DNA of 63,135 nucleotides, counting the filler, from Conidiobolus incongruus B7586 (lineage: Eukaryota): assembly GCA_000697335.1 (NCBI GenBank). It is 18 parts of 18 records of this genome, joined end to end, with 100 filler letters (N's around TTAATTAATTAA, not from the genome) between each part and the next. Parts side by side here need not be neighbours in the genome. Positions count along the whole stretch, not along the records: positions 38,513 to 39,853 come from JNEM01005289.1; positions 39,954 to 41,473 come from JNEM01005291.1; positions 41,574 to 49,377 come from JNEM01005295.1; positions 49,478 to 51,048 come from JNEM01005297.1; positions 51,149 to 52,550 come from JNEM01005298.1; 13 more parts are not named here. The stretch is one strand, 5' to 3'. Positions 39,257-52,650 of the stretch are shown here, piece after piece. A program made the translations under genes and the position numbers. How positions within the stretch are numbered: position 1 is the stretch's first letter; every line of letters starts with the position of its first letter. The notes under the pieces are model-generated. The model saw nothing but the letters and a program-made list of their open reading frames with translations. It had not been told where the DNA came from and did no database searches.

Positions 39257-39579
39257 TCAAATATAACTTTTTATCATCTTAAAACCTATAGAATTATATA
39301 AATAGAGTTTTATAACAATATTATTATTAATCTATATAAATTTGAAAATATATAACCTTTGAATTTATTATATTTGATATTTAGATATATTAATCTAAAG
39401 TTAATATTTTTAAGTTAATATATGAAAAATAAAACCTTATTATTAAAATAAATATTATATCATATATTCTCTTATAAAAATAAGTTATATAATCAAAAAT
39501 ATATATATTTTTATTAATACCTAAAATAATTATATATATTAAATTATTTAAAACTATAATATATAATTAAAGTATATAA

Positions 39580-39853
39580 TTTGATAATAAATAAATATAT
39601 TTAGATATATTTAGTAAATTATTAATAAAAATATTAACCCTTAATATTTAAATAAAATAAGTTATAAATTTATGGGTTTTTGAGATAAAAAGATATATTT
39701 AATAATAACTATATCTTCTTTCTCTCTTTGTTATTATTTTATATAATATTTTATTAATATATTAAATTTTTTTAATATTATTATACTTAAATCCCTCTCT
39801 AAAAAAAATTAACTTATATATTAATTAAATTTATAAAAAATTAAATTAATTTA
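39580..39853 (+). mobile_element. Tc1-like 5' fragment
   Basis: Direct similarity to 51149-51420. Confidence 0.65.
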
Positions 39854-39953
39854 NNNNNNNNNNNNNNNNNNNNNNNNNNNNNNNNNNNNNNNNNNNNTTA
39901 ATTAATTAANNNNNNNNNNNNNNNNNNNNNNNNNNNNNNNNNNNNNNNNNNNN

Positions 39954-41000
39954 TGATAAAGGTATATATAATTATAATTTTATTACTTATTTTTATAAGC
40001 TAGTGTATAATTTTAATATTAAAACTAAATAATATAAATAAGGAATAATTAAAACTTATTTAGAAACTCTTATTTATTTTGAATATAATTGAAATTATTT
40101 TTTATCTTAATGGTTATTTTAGTTAAAATAACAAAACTAGCTATTTTTATATTAATCTTAAAATAAACAACTATAAAAATATTAAGCTTAAGTTTTCTCT
40201 TAAGGTTATTTTCTTTTTATCTTTAAATAAGTTAAGAATCTTTAATTTTAGTTAAATAAATTCTCCTATGAAGTTTTTAATTAAAGATCTCTTAGTAATT
40301 TTTGTTAGCTTGTTTTAAATTAAATTAATTATATTTAATAAATAAAATCTTTATTTAATTACTTATTTAAATTAATTAAAAATTTAAACCTTGTCAGGAT
40401 AAAAAAATCATTAATAAGATTAAATATGATTTTTAAGTATTTATATCACCAAAGTTTAATATAAAAGGTTGATTTAAAAGTTAAAATTTTTACTAAATAA
40501 TATAAATTTAGAGTTTTGATTTTTTTTAAAAAATTTAATAAATTCATTGAAAAATTTTTTTAGTTTTGTAAAAGATTTTAAATTATTATAAGTAATTAAG
40601 TTATTAATAAAAAATTAAACTTTGTTAAAATTTCTTAAAATAAATAAAAAAACTCTATAATTATTTATTATAGTTATCATTTATTATATATAGTTAATCT
40701 ATTTAATTTATCTTAGTTTTAGTTTATATTTTAGTAAAAATATAATTAATAAAATAATAAGTGATAATTATAAAATCATTAATTATAATAATAAGAATAC
40801 TTTGAAATCTTCTTAATTACTATTATTATATAACTAAATAATAATAGTTAAAAATAGAAAAACCAAATCTCTTCATATTTTAAAAAATATATAATAACTA
40901 AATCTTATAATATTGAAGTATTTAATTAATAATAATAGAAAATATTTTAATAATTAATCAAAAAAGTCTATTTATATAAATAAATAATATTAGAAAAAGA
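39954..41000 (-). mobile_element. Degraded Ty3/Gypsy reverse-transcriptase fragment
   Basis: Minus strand near 40480-40390 reads KSTFYIKLW*YKYLKIIFNLIN, matching KTAFxTxxGxYEYxxMPFGLxN. Confidence 0.55.
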
Positions 41001-43479
41001 AAAAAATATTTTGAGTTTTTTATAGTTAAGTGAAATATATAAGCATTAGTATATATAATTAAATAATAATTAGGTTCCTTAAATGTAAATTTATAAAATA
41101 TTAATAAGTTTTAATTTAGATGATTAAATCTTTAATAATAAATTAAAGTGAGGAAAAATATCAATTAAATAATAATTGTCATAATATTTATAATAAACTT
41201 AATCTTAAAAAAATATAAAAAAGACAATATATAATAAGAATTAAAAAAAAGATATTATTTATATAATTAATTTAGCTATAAAAATAAAAATGAATCATAT
41301 AATTTATAGTTAGTTAAATTATAAAGAAATATATATAAGAATTAAAAAGCTAGTCTCTTAATAATATATATAAATATTTTAATATTATATATAAAAATAT
41401 AATAAAATAATCTCTTTATAAATAAATATATATATATATAATATAAATTTAAACCTAAAATTAGATTAAATAANNNNNNNNNNNNNNNNNNNNNNNNNNN
41501 NNNNNNNNNNNNNNNNNTTAATTAATTAANNNNNNNNNNNNNNNNNNNNNNNNNNNNNNNNNNNNNNNNNNNNATTTTATTATTATATCATAATCAAGAC
41601 TTATATTTAAATAGAATTTAATTATAAATTATAAGAATATATATCTTTAATACTATAAAGTATTGCATATAAGTTATTAAGTTTTTATTTATAAATTGTT
41701 ATCATACTTTGAAATAAAGATATATTTTTTATTATATTTTAAATAAGATATTTTTTAAATTATTTTATTAATAATTAATAAAATTTTAATATATTTGTCA
41801 TTTATTAAAAACTTAATATAAATTTATTTATATTTGTAAAAGTTTCAATACTTCCATAATACCAATTAAAAATAGAGGTTATTAATTAAATACTTTTTAT
41901 TAAATATAATAATCTTAAATTAAGTATACCATCCTATATATTTATTTGTACTAAGTTTATTAATAAAAAGAAATTATCGAAATAATAAAGTTTGATTAAT
42001 TAATAAAATCAATATTAAATTAAAAAAATATATTTAAAATAATTCTAATCAATAAGTAATAATATTAAAATTAGTTAATTAAAAATATTATCAATTTTGT
42101 TTAAAAATATATAAACTAAAATTAAGGAGATATAGTTTCAAATTATTATCATTTTTATAATAACCTAATAAAATAAATTATTTTTTTTTATAAATTAATT
42201 AAAATTTAAAATATTTAATAATTATAATTTAAATGATAGGTTAAATAAATTAAGTGATTAACAATATAGCTATTATGAAATTTTATGAGATCACTAATTA
42301 AGTTAATAGTAGTTTCGAAATATTATCAAAATTGAAACAAATAGTAAAAACAATTTTGGTTAAAGAGTTTGGATGTCAGGTTGATGAAGGTGGATTAATT
42401 TATTGAATAAATAATAATTATTGGTTTAATCTTCAGTACAAGTTAGTTGTCATAGGCACCTAAATTATCCCTACAAATTAGTGAAAACTGTTTGAAAAAT
42501 TAATCAATAATATTACAAAATTAATCTCTAAATTTAGAAATCAAATGTCATTTATTTGGTAAGGTGAAATTAGTTAATTAAAATTAAAATAAAAATGATA
42601 ATTGGTAGTTTGAATACTAAAGTGTTTAGACTCATTTATTTATTATTTTAAATAATTTGAATTATTAATATTAAACAAATTTAATGATTAATATAAATGA
42701 GGATACCATATTATTAATAATGATTTGGTATTACCTTATTTGGAAAAAGAAAAAATTTTAATAGTAATATTTGGTTGATTTTAATTAATGTCAGAGTAAT
42801 TATTCTATTTAGAAGCGATAAAGAGCAAGGATAGTAGGATTATTATTTTGAAAAATTATGAGTATAAGTGTGTATTGAAGTAAGTATAGTATAATCTCAT
42901 GAGAATGTATTGATGAATTTGTTATTATATTAATAATATTAGCGGAAATTAATTCTCCATTCAACTTCAACTTCACAATTAGCAAAGTTAGAGTGAAATA
43001 AAAAAATATTAAAAAATATATACAAAATATTATATATATATATATATATATAAGATAATGAAATATAACACAATTTTTATAATAATATAAAAATAAATTA
43101 TTTTTTAAATCTGATAAAGTCAAATAAAATTTGCTTTGTTATGTATATACCTGTTTCCTGAAAGGTTAAAAATATGGCTCATAAATATTCAAAGTTACTG
43201 GAGAACAGAGTGCAATCCATGTAAACAGAATGATGACAAAATTATCGCAACTTGTGAATTGCGAGACAAATGAGTGTAAATTTGAGATGGGATGGTTTGG
43301 AAAGAAAGTGGTTGAATGTGTATAATACATGGTAGGGTGGCCAATTGAGACGACAGGGATAGAGTAGTCATAGGCGGATTGAAAGGGCGGTAGATATTAG
43401 GGTGAAAATAGTGATAATGAAGGGCGGAATATTATAAGATAAAATACTTAAATTAACAGCTGGAGCTGGAGGAAGTTGG

Positions 43480-44220
43480 TCAACATACTGCCTGGTTAAC
43501 TGCGGGAGCTGCTGCTAAAGCAGTGGGGTTTTGAAAGTTCGACGGATCCTCTACAGTTTCTACCTTATCGGTAAACGCAGATGGTGCGTCAGTCTCACCT
43601 TCAGGAATCTTCTCGTACTTACCACAGTTTTGGAATGCAACAAAAGATGCATTCAACAAGTGGAAAACATGAGAATAGCAATTTCGGAACAGATCAGGAT
43701 GTGTCTTATTGTTAAGATCCTTGAGTAAAGTCTTCTTGATACCGGCGGGGAAGTTAAGTTCAATAGGGGAGGAAGGATTGAAGAAGAGTTCAACTAAAAT
43801 ATCGATTTCAGCTGAAAAAGGAAGATTTCTAGGGCACCGAAAAGCAGCTTTCTTTTCCTTGGGTCGGAAAGCTTGTTTGTTCTGAGTTTTTTGAGTGTAT
43901 TGTGTGTATAAATTCAAAATAAAATCACAAGGTTTAATAAACGGTACAATACCAGCCGTTGGATTAATCGATAAAAGGTTAACAACTGGTACAGCAGCTT
44001 GCTTTTTAGCTTCAGGATTAAATTTGGAGAGATAACGCTTTTCATAATTACGGAACCATAGACAGAATTCCAAGTTCTCAACACTATGTTCAACAGTTTC
44101 TAAAAAGTCTCTAAAGTCTGCCAGCCTCCATTCACCCCTACTGTCAAGTACAGCTTCACACTCTAGTTTACTAGCCGTATCTTCAAGGGGCTTCTTCTTA
44201 GTACGAAACTTAAAAGGCAT
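43480..44220 (-). CDS. RGS-domain protein (regulator of G-protein signalling)
   Basis: 246-aa ORF with FRDFLETVEHSVENLEFCLW, FFNPSSPIELN and HPDLF motifs of a split fungal RGS domain. Confidence 0.85.
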   Translation of the reverse strand: MPFKFRTKKKPLEDTASKLECEAVLDSRGEWRLADFRDFLETVEHSVENLEFCLWFRNYEKRYLSKFNPEAKKQAAVPVVNLLSINPTAGIVPFIKPCDFILNLYTQYTQKTQNKQAFRPKEKKAAFRCPRNLPFSAEIDILVELFFNPSSPIELNFPAGIKKTLLKDLNNKTHPDLFRNCYSHVFHLLNASFVAFQNCGKYEKIPEGETDAPSAFTDKVETVEDPSNFQNPTALAAAPAVNQAVC

Positions 44221-47200
44221 TTAAATAAAAGAATTAAAATGAAGTGGAAAATAAGAAAAAAAAATACAAATAAAAAAACAGAATACTGAAAGTGTGGAAA
44301 TAGATAATCAATATAAACCAAGATTAGAGATAAAAATTAATAGGATTAGTTTGGGATTGTAATAGAGTAATACAATGTAAGACAGACTAACCCAATCAAA
44401 TTAATAGTTTGTGATACAGTAATTAGTATTCAAAAGATTTGAGCGGAAACAAGGTGAGAGAAGACGGAAATTATATCAATTTAAAGTGATAAAAATAGCC
44501 TAAAAGGTGGAGATGGGAATGACAAAATCAACAAAGTTGAAATAGGTTGGAGGTGAACACGTCCACTGACAGGTCAATAGCCAGGATGTATGAATGAAGT
44601 AAAACCTTCTTCTTTTCAGAGGTGAAAAAGGTATTTATATCCTTAGGAAAGATTTCAGCTTTTAACTCAATTATCTTTAATTGAACCGATATTAACAAAA
44701 ATTAGCCATAAAATTCAGCAAACCCTTCGACTCTATTGGCTAGAGTCAGCCAATCATATTCAAGTCTTCGAATTAGAAAATTTGAATAGAATCTGGTTTG
44801 CCCAATTTAACCAATAATCTTAGAATTAATAAGGATCTTTCATTTAAATTTTAGGATATAATGAGATTATGAGCATCGAAATAGGTAATTATCTTGAATA
44901 GACAACGTTTTAAACTAAAATTTGTTTAATATTGATGCTTTATATTATCATAACTTTGATATTTCTAGGTATTTTAGAAACAGTGTGTTTAAACTTAGCC
45001 TTCTAGCGTTTTCCAACTTTGACTAGTTTTTCATACAATCTACCATTGAAAGAATAAAGATAACATATTTTCAATTGAACCCATTATTCTCCTGAGAAAA
45101 TAAATAATACTCCATCATTAAACCTGTTACTTTCAGTCCTCCTTCTCATCCTTTTGTGCCACGATATTCTCACGTTTTGCCATGCCATCAACAATTAAGT
45201 GAAAGGAGATTATTTCGTTCTGACATTTGACAAATATTTCAAAAGTTAATGACAAAGGTTTCAAACATTCTGCAAAGAATTAAAAAAATGTTAACCATAA
45301 ATATCGCTGGATTTCTAATTCATTATAATAATTAAATCAAAACTAAGGGATATAAGTATTTCTAAATCTATCAAGATGTGATTTGATATAAAAGTATGAC
45401 TAGCAATGATAAAATACTCCGTTAATAAATAATTGCCCCTATTAAATATGATTCTACGCAACACCATTATTTATAAAATTGATGATACTGGTAAAATGGA
45501 TTTGTATTTATTAACTAAAATGAATTAGTAATAATATTGTACAACTGTCTAATGATATAATATTTAATCATTAATTCACTGTTTGATTTGGATTAATAAT
45601 AAGAAAAATTGACTAGATTTTCGGTATTAAATTATCTTCGCCTAAATAATCACTAAATTAATTAATATTCAGCGTACGTTTGAAAATCTTAAGATTAAGC
45701 GGAGCAAATTAATATAAATTTAAAAAAAAGAATGATTAAAAATTTATAATTCGCACCTATTAATTCCAATATTAGAACTTAATTTTAATTTAAATCAATA
45801 TATCACTCCTATTAAAATTAAAGAAATATGCAATTAAACTAATTTTAACTTTAAAAAAGTTAATATTTTGATAGTTCCATAAAATATTTATTAAAGTAGA
45901 CTATTCAATCAATTTTATTCGGATCATATTCAAATTTCTAAGATTTTATTTTGAAAATTATTTCAATTAAATTATTTGATTTGTTTTAAAACGGTTATTA
46001 GGGGGAAGACACCTTAAAAAATCTTAATTGTCAATAATGATAATAGTGAATTATATTATATTATTGGTTAATCATTACTTTTAGCAAATAATAATTAAAA
46101 TTTAGAAATATAATTGATCAGTTTATGACAAATATAATAGTTAATAATATTGATTTGTGTTTTTGTTTTGAGTAAAATTCGATAAAGATTAATTCAATAT
46201 AAAAAATTATACAATTGAACAAACATTTATTATTATATATTATACCACTAACATTACTTAACCAGAATTATATTAATTGCATTATACAATCTGCAATAAT
46301 ATAATTAAAATAAATTGCCAAATTAATATTAGGCAACTCACAAATTCAAGGTTTAACCTTGATAATTTTAAATGATAAAATTATTTTACCATATTAAGTT
46401 TCTAATTTGAGCTAATAATTCAAATATGAATAAAGTAATCAAGAAACACAAAATAAATATATTGAAATAAGTCAAGAAATATCATGTAATTTTTTCAAAG
46501 GATATTTGTGATAATATTGATGTTGATTAATATAAACTGTTTCATTAAATTTGTTACAAAAGTAGGGATATCACAGTATCTGCTTTAACAACAATTGTAT
46601 TAAATCATACAAATGAAGATCATTAAATTTTCAAGCAAAAATCATATTCACCTCAATTTTTTAAGTTTTACATTGATTTAATTAGAGCGAAATTTCGTTC
46701 TGTTTAATAGTACAAATCACATGAAAAAAATGGATACTTAGTGCTATCACAGTTGATATTTTAAATAAGAGAGATATTTTGAGCTTATATTAAAAGTGGT
46801 TTTGAGTCCAAAAATTCATTGGTTTTCATATAAAATAACAATATTTTATTTTATCTATCATGAATTTATGGATGCCTAATATATTGCTCTGACACGTGTA
46901 ATGTGTTGGCCTAAGGGTTGTTTATAAATAGTATCACATTCTGTAAATATTGGACATTCTAGATTAAAATGAATTTGGATATAAATCCATAATACTTAAT
47001 ACTGTTATATATAATTCAATTTATAATAATTACAAGTATCTAATATAAAATTTTTTTAATAAAATTAATCAGTTATTAAATTTTGAAATTTTAAAACCAA
47101 AATATTGAGAAAAAACAGTTTTGATATTAATCCAAGTGATTTTGAAATAATCAATGAATAAAGAACCTAGTGTCAGTTTGATCTACTAATATTCATATCC

Positions 47201-47373
47201 AATGATGATTTCTGCAATTATATTATCATAATTAATGAATTATTTTACTAGGGTCAAATAATGAATCTGAATCACTGGTTTCCCCTTAAACACATTTTTT
47301 CACTATTAATTTATGGAATTTTAATGTCAAGAATATTGTTACAAATTGTGATTAAATATACTTGAGTGTGATA

Positions 47374-47708
47374 TCATTGAAAATTAATTAAAATTTTTAA
47401 CAATTGTTTCTGAAATAATCTCTTCTCAATTAATTTCCAATCAAAGAGTTGAAATCGTTTTAAATTATTATCATTGACGATAAATTGAAATGTAAAATCA
47501 CAATCGTTGCAACGTGGGGTTGGTAATACCGCCTGACCTAATCCCTTTAATAAAAATAACAAAAAAGTTAAAAATAACGTAGATTTTTACCGAAATTCAT
47601 CAATTTTCTATAGTATGAATCTTCTTTCTTCCAATTGAAGGGTATGTGGATTTTCATATTCGTATGACAAATTGGATAAAATAGAGCTGCAAAGAGGGTT
47701 AATTTCAT
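47374..47708 (-). CDS. Probable small orphan protein, 93 aa, 2 exons, possibly secreted
   Basis: Exons 47708-47591 and 47537-47374 joined by a 53-nt GT-AG intron (typical size in this window). N-terminus MKLTLFAALFYPICHT. Confidence 0.45.
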
Positions 47709-49514
47709 AATTATTGAATTTTCATAACACAATATTAAAACTAGATTTATTTGTACTAGTATAGATAAAAAAATGATATAAATTCACTAATTCTTTTATG
47801 TAATACTATAATCTGGTCATAACTAATTTTTAATTTCTTCCTTATCAAACTTACTATATTTAGAAATTTCCAAAGTTGCTTATTTTATCCTTGACAAAAA
47901 CAATTTCATAATAGCTTAATATGTTACTCATATGACATCATTTATTTTTGATTTAGTAAATATATTGTTGAAGATTTGAAAATGTAATTTGATCCAGCAA
48001 AACTACTCGCCATTAACGGTGCCATATACATGCATACATACATATATAAAGTTGGATTATATATCATATTATCTAAAATGAAATAATAATTTAAATACTT
48101 TGAATAAAATAATATTAAAAAAACCTTATTGAATATATGAAATATTTCATGTTCATCATTGACAATAAACTCATTATATAATCACATTAAACCTTGTACA
48201 TTGGAATATAGACTATTTATATTGTTACCTTTAAGAATCAATTCGAATTATACCTATTCCAATATTTTTATTTTATCCCATGCTGGCCAATTACAATTGA
48301 TTACACTTCATTTTCAATATTTCCATCTGGTTAAGAATTCATTAAACTAAATAAATGAGAAATAAAGATCAAGCATTATTATTTCAAAAATTATAATAAG
48401 ACAAATTCAATCAAATATATATTAAAATATCAATTTTTTTTATATTTCGATCTTTAATATTTGTAATAATTTATATATCCTTAACGAATTTATTCCAATG
48501 TTCGAAAAAAGTAAAACTTGAATATATATTTATTAACATTCGTTTTTTGTTATTGTATATTATTTTAATCTAATGTATTAGTGTTTAATAGTTTTACTCT
48601 ATTTAGTAATATATTAGTTCAAATAACCATTTATGTAATACTATTTAATATATAATTTTAATTATTTATATAAATAATTATTTGAATAAAAACTATTATT
48701 ATGCATTTTTACAATCATATTCCTAACACAATCCATCAATAACTTACCTAATTTAAATTAGATCGATAATACAACTGATTAGATTTGATATCACTTTTAT
48801 TATTAATAATTATACTGGTTCAAAATTATTATTTTAAATGAGTTTTATTAATTTTTCAATATTTAAATTTAATTTATTCCTCTCTTCTAATATATTAACC
48901 TAGGGTTATATTAAATTTGATTAATAATATATTATTTAATTATATTTTCTTAATATAAACTAAATATAATATTATAATAAATTTATCCAAATTATAATAA
49001 AAAGAAAATATATTTTAAAATCAATAATTCACACTATTATTTAATTATATAACTTTTTTAAATTGGTAATTAATTTATTTTTTAATTTTTTTTTCATATT
49101 TATAATTGAATTAATTTATTATTCTAACTTTGAAAATATAGATAATTATTAAAATATTAGTTTTAAATATAATTTGAATATATAATTAATTAATTATAAA
49201 ATATACAACTATTCTATAATTTATAATATTCTATTTGTTAATTATATCAAAATAAATTCCTTCATCTAATAAACATATTATAAGTCCTTTAAATATTTTT
49301 ATATTTTGGAAATTTTAATATTATGAATTTAATATAATTTCAACTAAAATTTAAATAAAATAATTTAAATTTATTTTNNNNNNNNNNNNNNNNNNNNNNN
49401 NNNNNNNNNNNNNNNNNNNNNTTAATTAATTAANNNNNNNNNNNNNNNNNNNNNNNNNNNNNNNNNNNNNNNNNNNNTTATTAAATAATTTTTTTATTTT
49501 TATGCTTTTATTAG

Positions 49515-49533
49515 TTAAACAAGATTTGACTTT

Positions 49534-49553
<20 letters not shown>
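49515..49553 (+). repeat. (TA)n microsatellite
   Basis: About 19 TA units. Confidence 0.9.
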
Positions 49554-49575
<22 letters not shown>

Positions 49576-50089
49576 ATATCATACGTGGGTCCATTATAAA
49601 ATATATAATATTTTATTAAACCTTTAATTCACCATTTTAAACGGAAATTCATTGTAAAATAATATAAATATATTCAAATTTACAAATGATGGAATATAAA
49701 TTAAAGACTTATGATCGATCTTAATGATTTTAATTAAATAATATAATTGGTAATTGGATTTATAAGGAAAAATGTTTAATTATCAAAATTTTAATCAAGT
49801 TTAATTGATATATGGATCCAGGTTAGAAAGTTTAAAATAATCAACTAACATCATTATTAAAAGGTTAAAATATCAAGGTGAGTGAATAAAGGTCAAATGA
49901 ATTTGAGGATAGGTATTGATATTGCTTGAAATTTAATCAAATTCCAACTTTATAATCATTAATTGATTTATCAAGATTACTAGATTGATTAAAAGTTAAT
50001 GTCACACATTAATTCAAATAAAGAAATAGCCTTACCTTCCTTATAATACAAGATATCCATTGCCAGAGAAGCTGAAACCGAATCAGTCA

Positions 50090-50161
50090 TTAAGTGTGAG
50101 AGACTCGAACTTCCAGTTTTCCGCTCAGGAGATGGATACATCACCATTGAGCCAAAATATC
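50090..50161 (-). pseudogene. Degenerate tRNA (Arg-CCT-like) or tRNA-derived SINE head
   Basis: A-box TGGCTCAATGG, anticodon loop CT-CCT-GA and B-box GTTCGAGTC at tRNA spacing, but the acceptor, anticodon and T stems pair poorly. Confidence 0.6.
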
Positions 50162-51148
50162 TTTAATAGTAAACCAATTGTCAAATTACAATTATCGATT
50201 TAAGCCATTCGTTTAATTCTTCATATAATTCGCTATCAATTTATTGAATAATTCTAATTTAAGACAAAATGATAAATAATACATTAAACTGCACCCTGTT
50301 TATTATACTCTGTCAACTTTTAAGCTATTTGCATCGATAAAAATTTGTTTTATAAAATATTATTATTAAATATTATTGAAATATATATATATATATATCA
50401 GTTATTATTAATTTTCTGTTTTACTTGTTTAAATAGTGATTATTCAAAATAATAGTTATATCAATACAAAATTAACAAGTTATATAATGACAACAATTAA
50501 ATTCTTAATCAAGCACATTTTGAAACAAGTTTTAAACTAAATGAAGTATTGATGACTTTATTGATTTTTTCTGATAATATTCAATGTGGTCAGTCTAGCA
50601 ATCAACTTTATTATTATGTCTTGGTCAATGATATTAATAAATAAATTTCAAAATATATGTTTATACTTAGTATACCCAGTAAATTCAGCCCCACTTGAAT
50701 AATTCAAGAATCCAAAACAAAATCCAATCAAATTTTGAATTTAAAAACCAAAAGTTTTAAATAATAAAAATGGCATATTAATAAAACATTTATCAATTTA
50801 AATTGTAAATATATATAATACATTTTTTATCTACTATATTACAACTAAAATTTAATATTTAATCTTGTAATATTTTGCAAATCAATTTAATATTAATCAT
50901 TTGTATTAAAAAAATAAATTTTTCATTATAAATTTAGTCAATCAATATTATTTAACAATTAATTATAATATTAAAGTTTAAATTAATATAATAAAACAAA
51001 TATATAAAAATATTTTCTAATCTTTAATTTATATAAAATATTAATTTTNNNNNNNNNNNNNNNNNNNNNNNNNNNNNNNNNNNNNNNNNNNNTTAATTAA
51101 TTAANNNNNNNNNNNNNNNNNNNNNNNNNNNNNNNNNNNNNNNNNNNN

Positions 51149-52550
51149 TGATAATAATTAAATATATTTAAATATATTTAGTAAACAATTAGTAAAAATA
51201 TTAACTTTTAATATTTAACTAATGTAATTTATATATTTATAGGTTTTTAAGATAAGGGGATACATTTAACAATATATAACATATCTTTTTTTTTGTTATT
51301 TTTCAATATATCATTTTATAGATATTTTAAATTCATTTTATTAGTATTATTATGTTTAAATCCCTTATGAAAAAAAATCCATTTGTATATTAATCAATTC
51401 TTTAAAAAAAATAAATCTACTTAAAATATTTTTAGAGTTACTAGTGTTAGTTAGTTTATTATAATTAAAGTTATTAAGAATGATAATAAAAAAACATTTA
51501 CACTTAAGTATTTTAAGATTAAAAATGAATATGATAAGAAATATATGTATAGATTAATTAATATCACCAAATATAATATTATTATAGAAATATAACAAGA
51601 GTTATAAGACTATATAGGAATATTAGTTAATATTAATACTATTATATATAGTTTATATTAATATAGATATCATTTACACTATAAAAAAATACCCTTAATT
51701 AAAAAAATCCTATTATAAAGCTAAATAAGAGTTTAAATGATATTAATAATATTAAACTAAAATTAATTAAAGTAATCTTATTTTATCTAATAAAATAATA
51801 ATATATTTTAGTAGATTTAATAAAAAAGGTAAATATTTTAGAGCTAATATAAAATTACTTTAAAACCATCATATTAATTTTACTTAAAAGTATAATAATA
51901 AGTTAATTATTTTTTAAGAATATATGTTGTTTTTAGATATAAAATATTTTTATAAAGTTAATAGGGGAATTAATAATAAGATATATTAAAGTATTTTAAA
52001 CAATAAACTAAAAAAAATATTAAATAATATAAGTTAAACAAATCTAATATTATTTTCTAGCAAAATAATACTTTTTATTATATTATAGCTTTTATTACCA
52101 AATAATTTAAAAATAACAAGATAATAATTATAAAATAGCTGCTTTAATTTTTTAACCTTAACTTAATTAAATACCTTTGGGATTAGTTAAAAAAATTATT
52201 AAAATTTTCCTCCTAGTAAAAGATTTAAATTAGTTTTAAGAATATGTTTAAGAAGTATAAAACAAGATTAACCCTTTTTAATATAAGAATTTAATTGATT
52301 TTTTACCCTATAAAATTAGCAAAGTTACGAAAGTTAAAAATAGATAGAATAAATTTTAATTTTTTTATCACCAAAAACCTATAAATTTAAAACTTTTTTA
52401 AGGTAAAATTTAAGGGTTTATATTTTAACTAATTAATAGTTAAATATTATTATTTAATGATATATATTATTAATATATACAATAGATTTTAATTATTTAA
52501 TTTAATTTTATTATATTAAAAATAATTAAGTTATTTGTAAAAATATAAAT
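51149..52550 (+). mobile_element. Inactivated Tc1-like transposon, second copy
   Basis: Reverse complement of 24690-26190. Near 52055-52200 it reads F*QNNTFYYII...K*LL*FFNLNLIKYLWD*LKK. Confidence 0.85.
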
Positions 52551-52650
52551 NNNNNNNNNNNNNNNNNNNNNNNNNNNNNNNNNNNNNNNNNNNNTTAATT
52601 AATTAANNNNNNNNNNNNNNNNNNNNNNNNNNNNNNNNNNNNNNNNNNNN

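Noticed and set aside
42809..43123. 104-aa I/Y/F/L-rich ORF, and similar short ORFs at 6561, 7868, 16410 and 48159
   Set aside because: Low-complexity AT-rich or antisense frames, several with non-ATG starts or spanning TA repeats or Ns.
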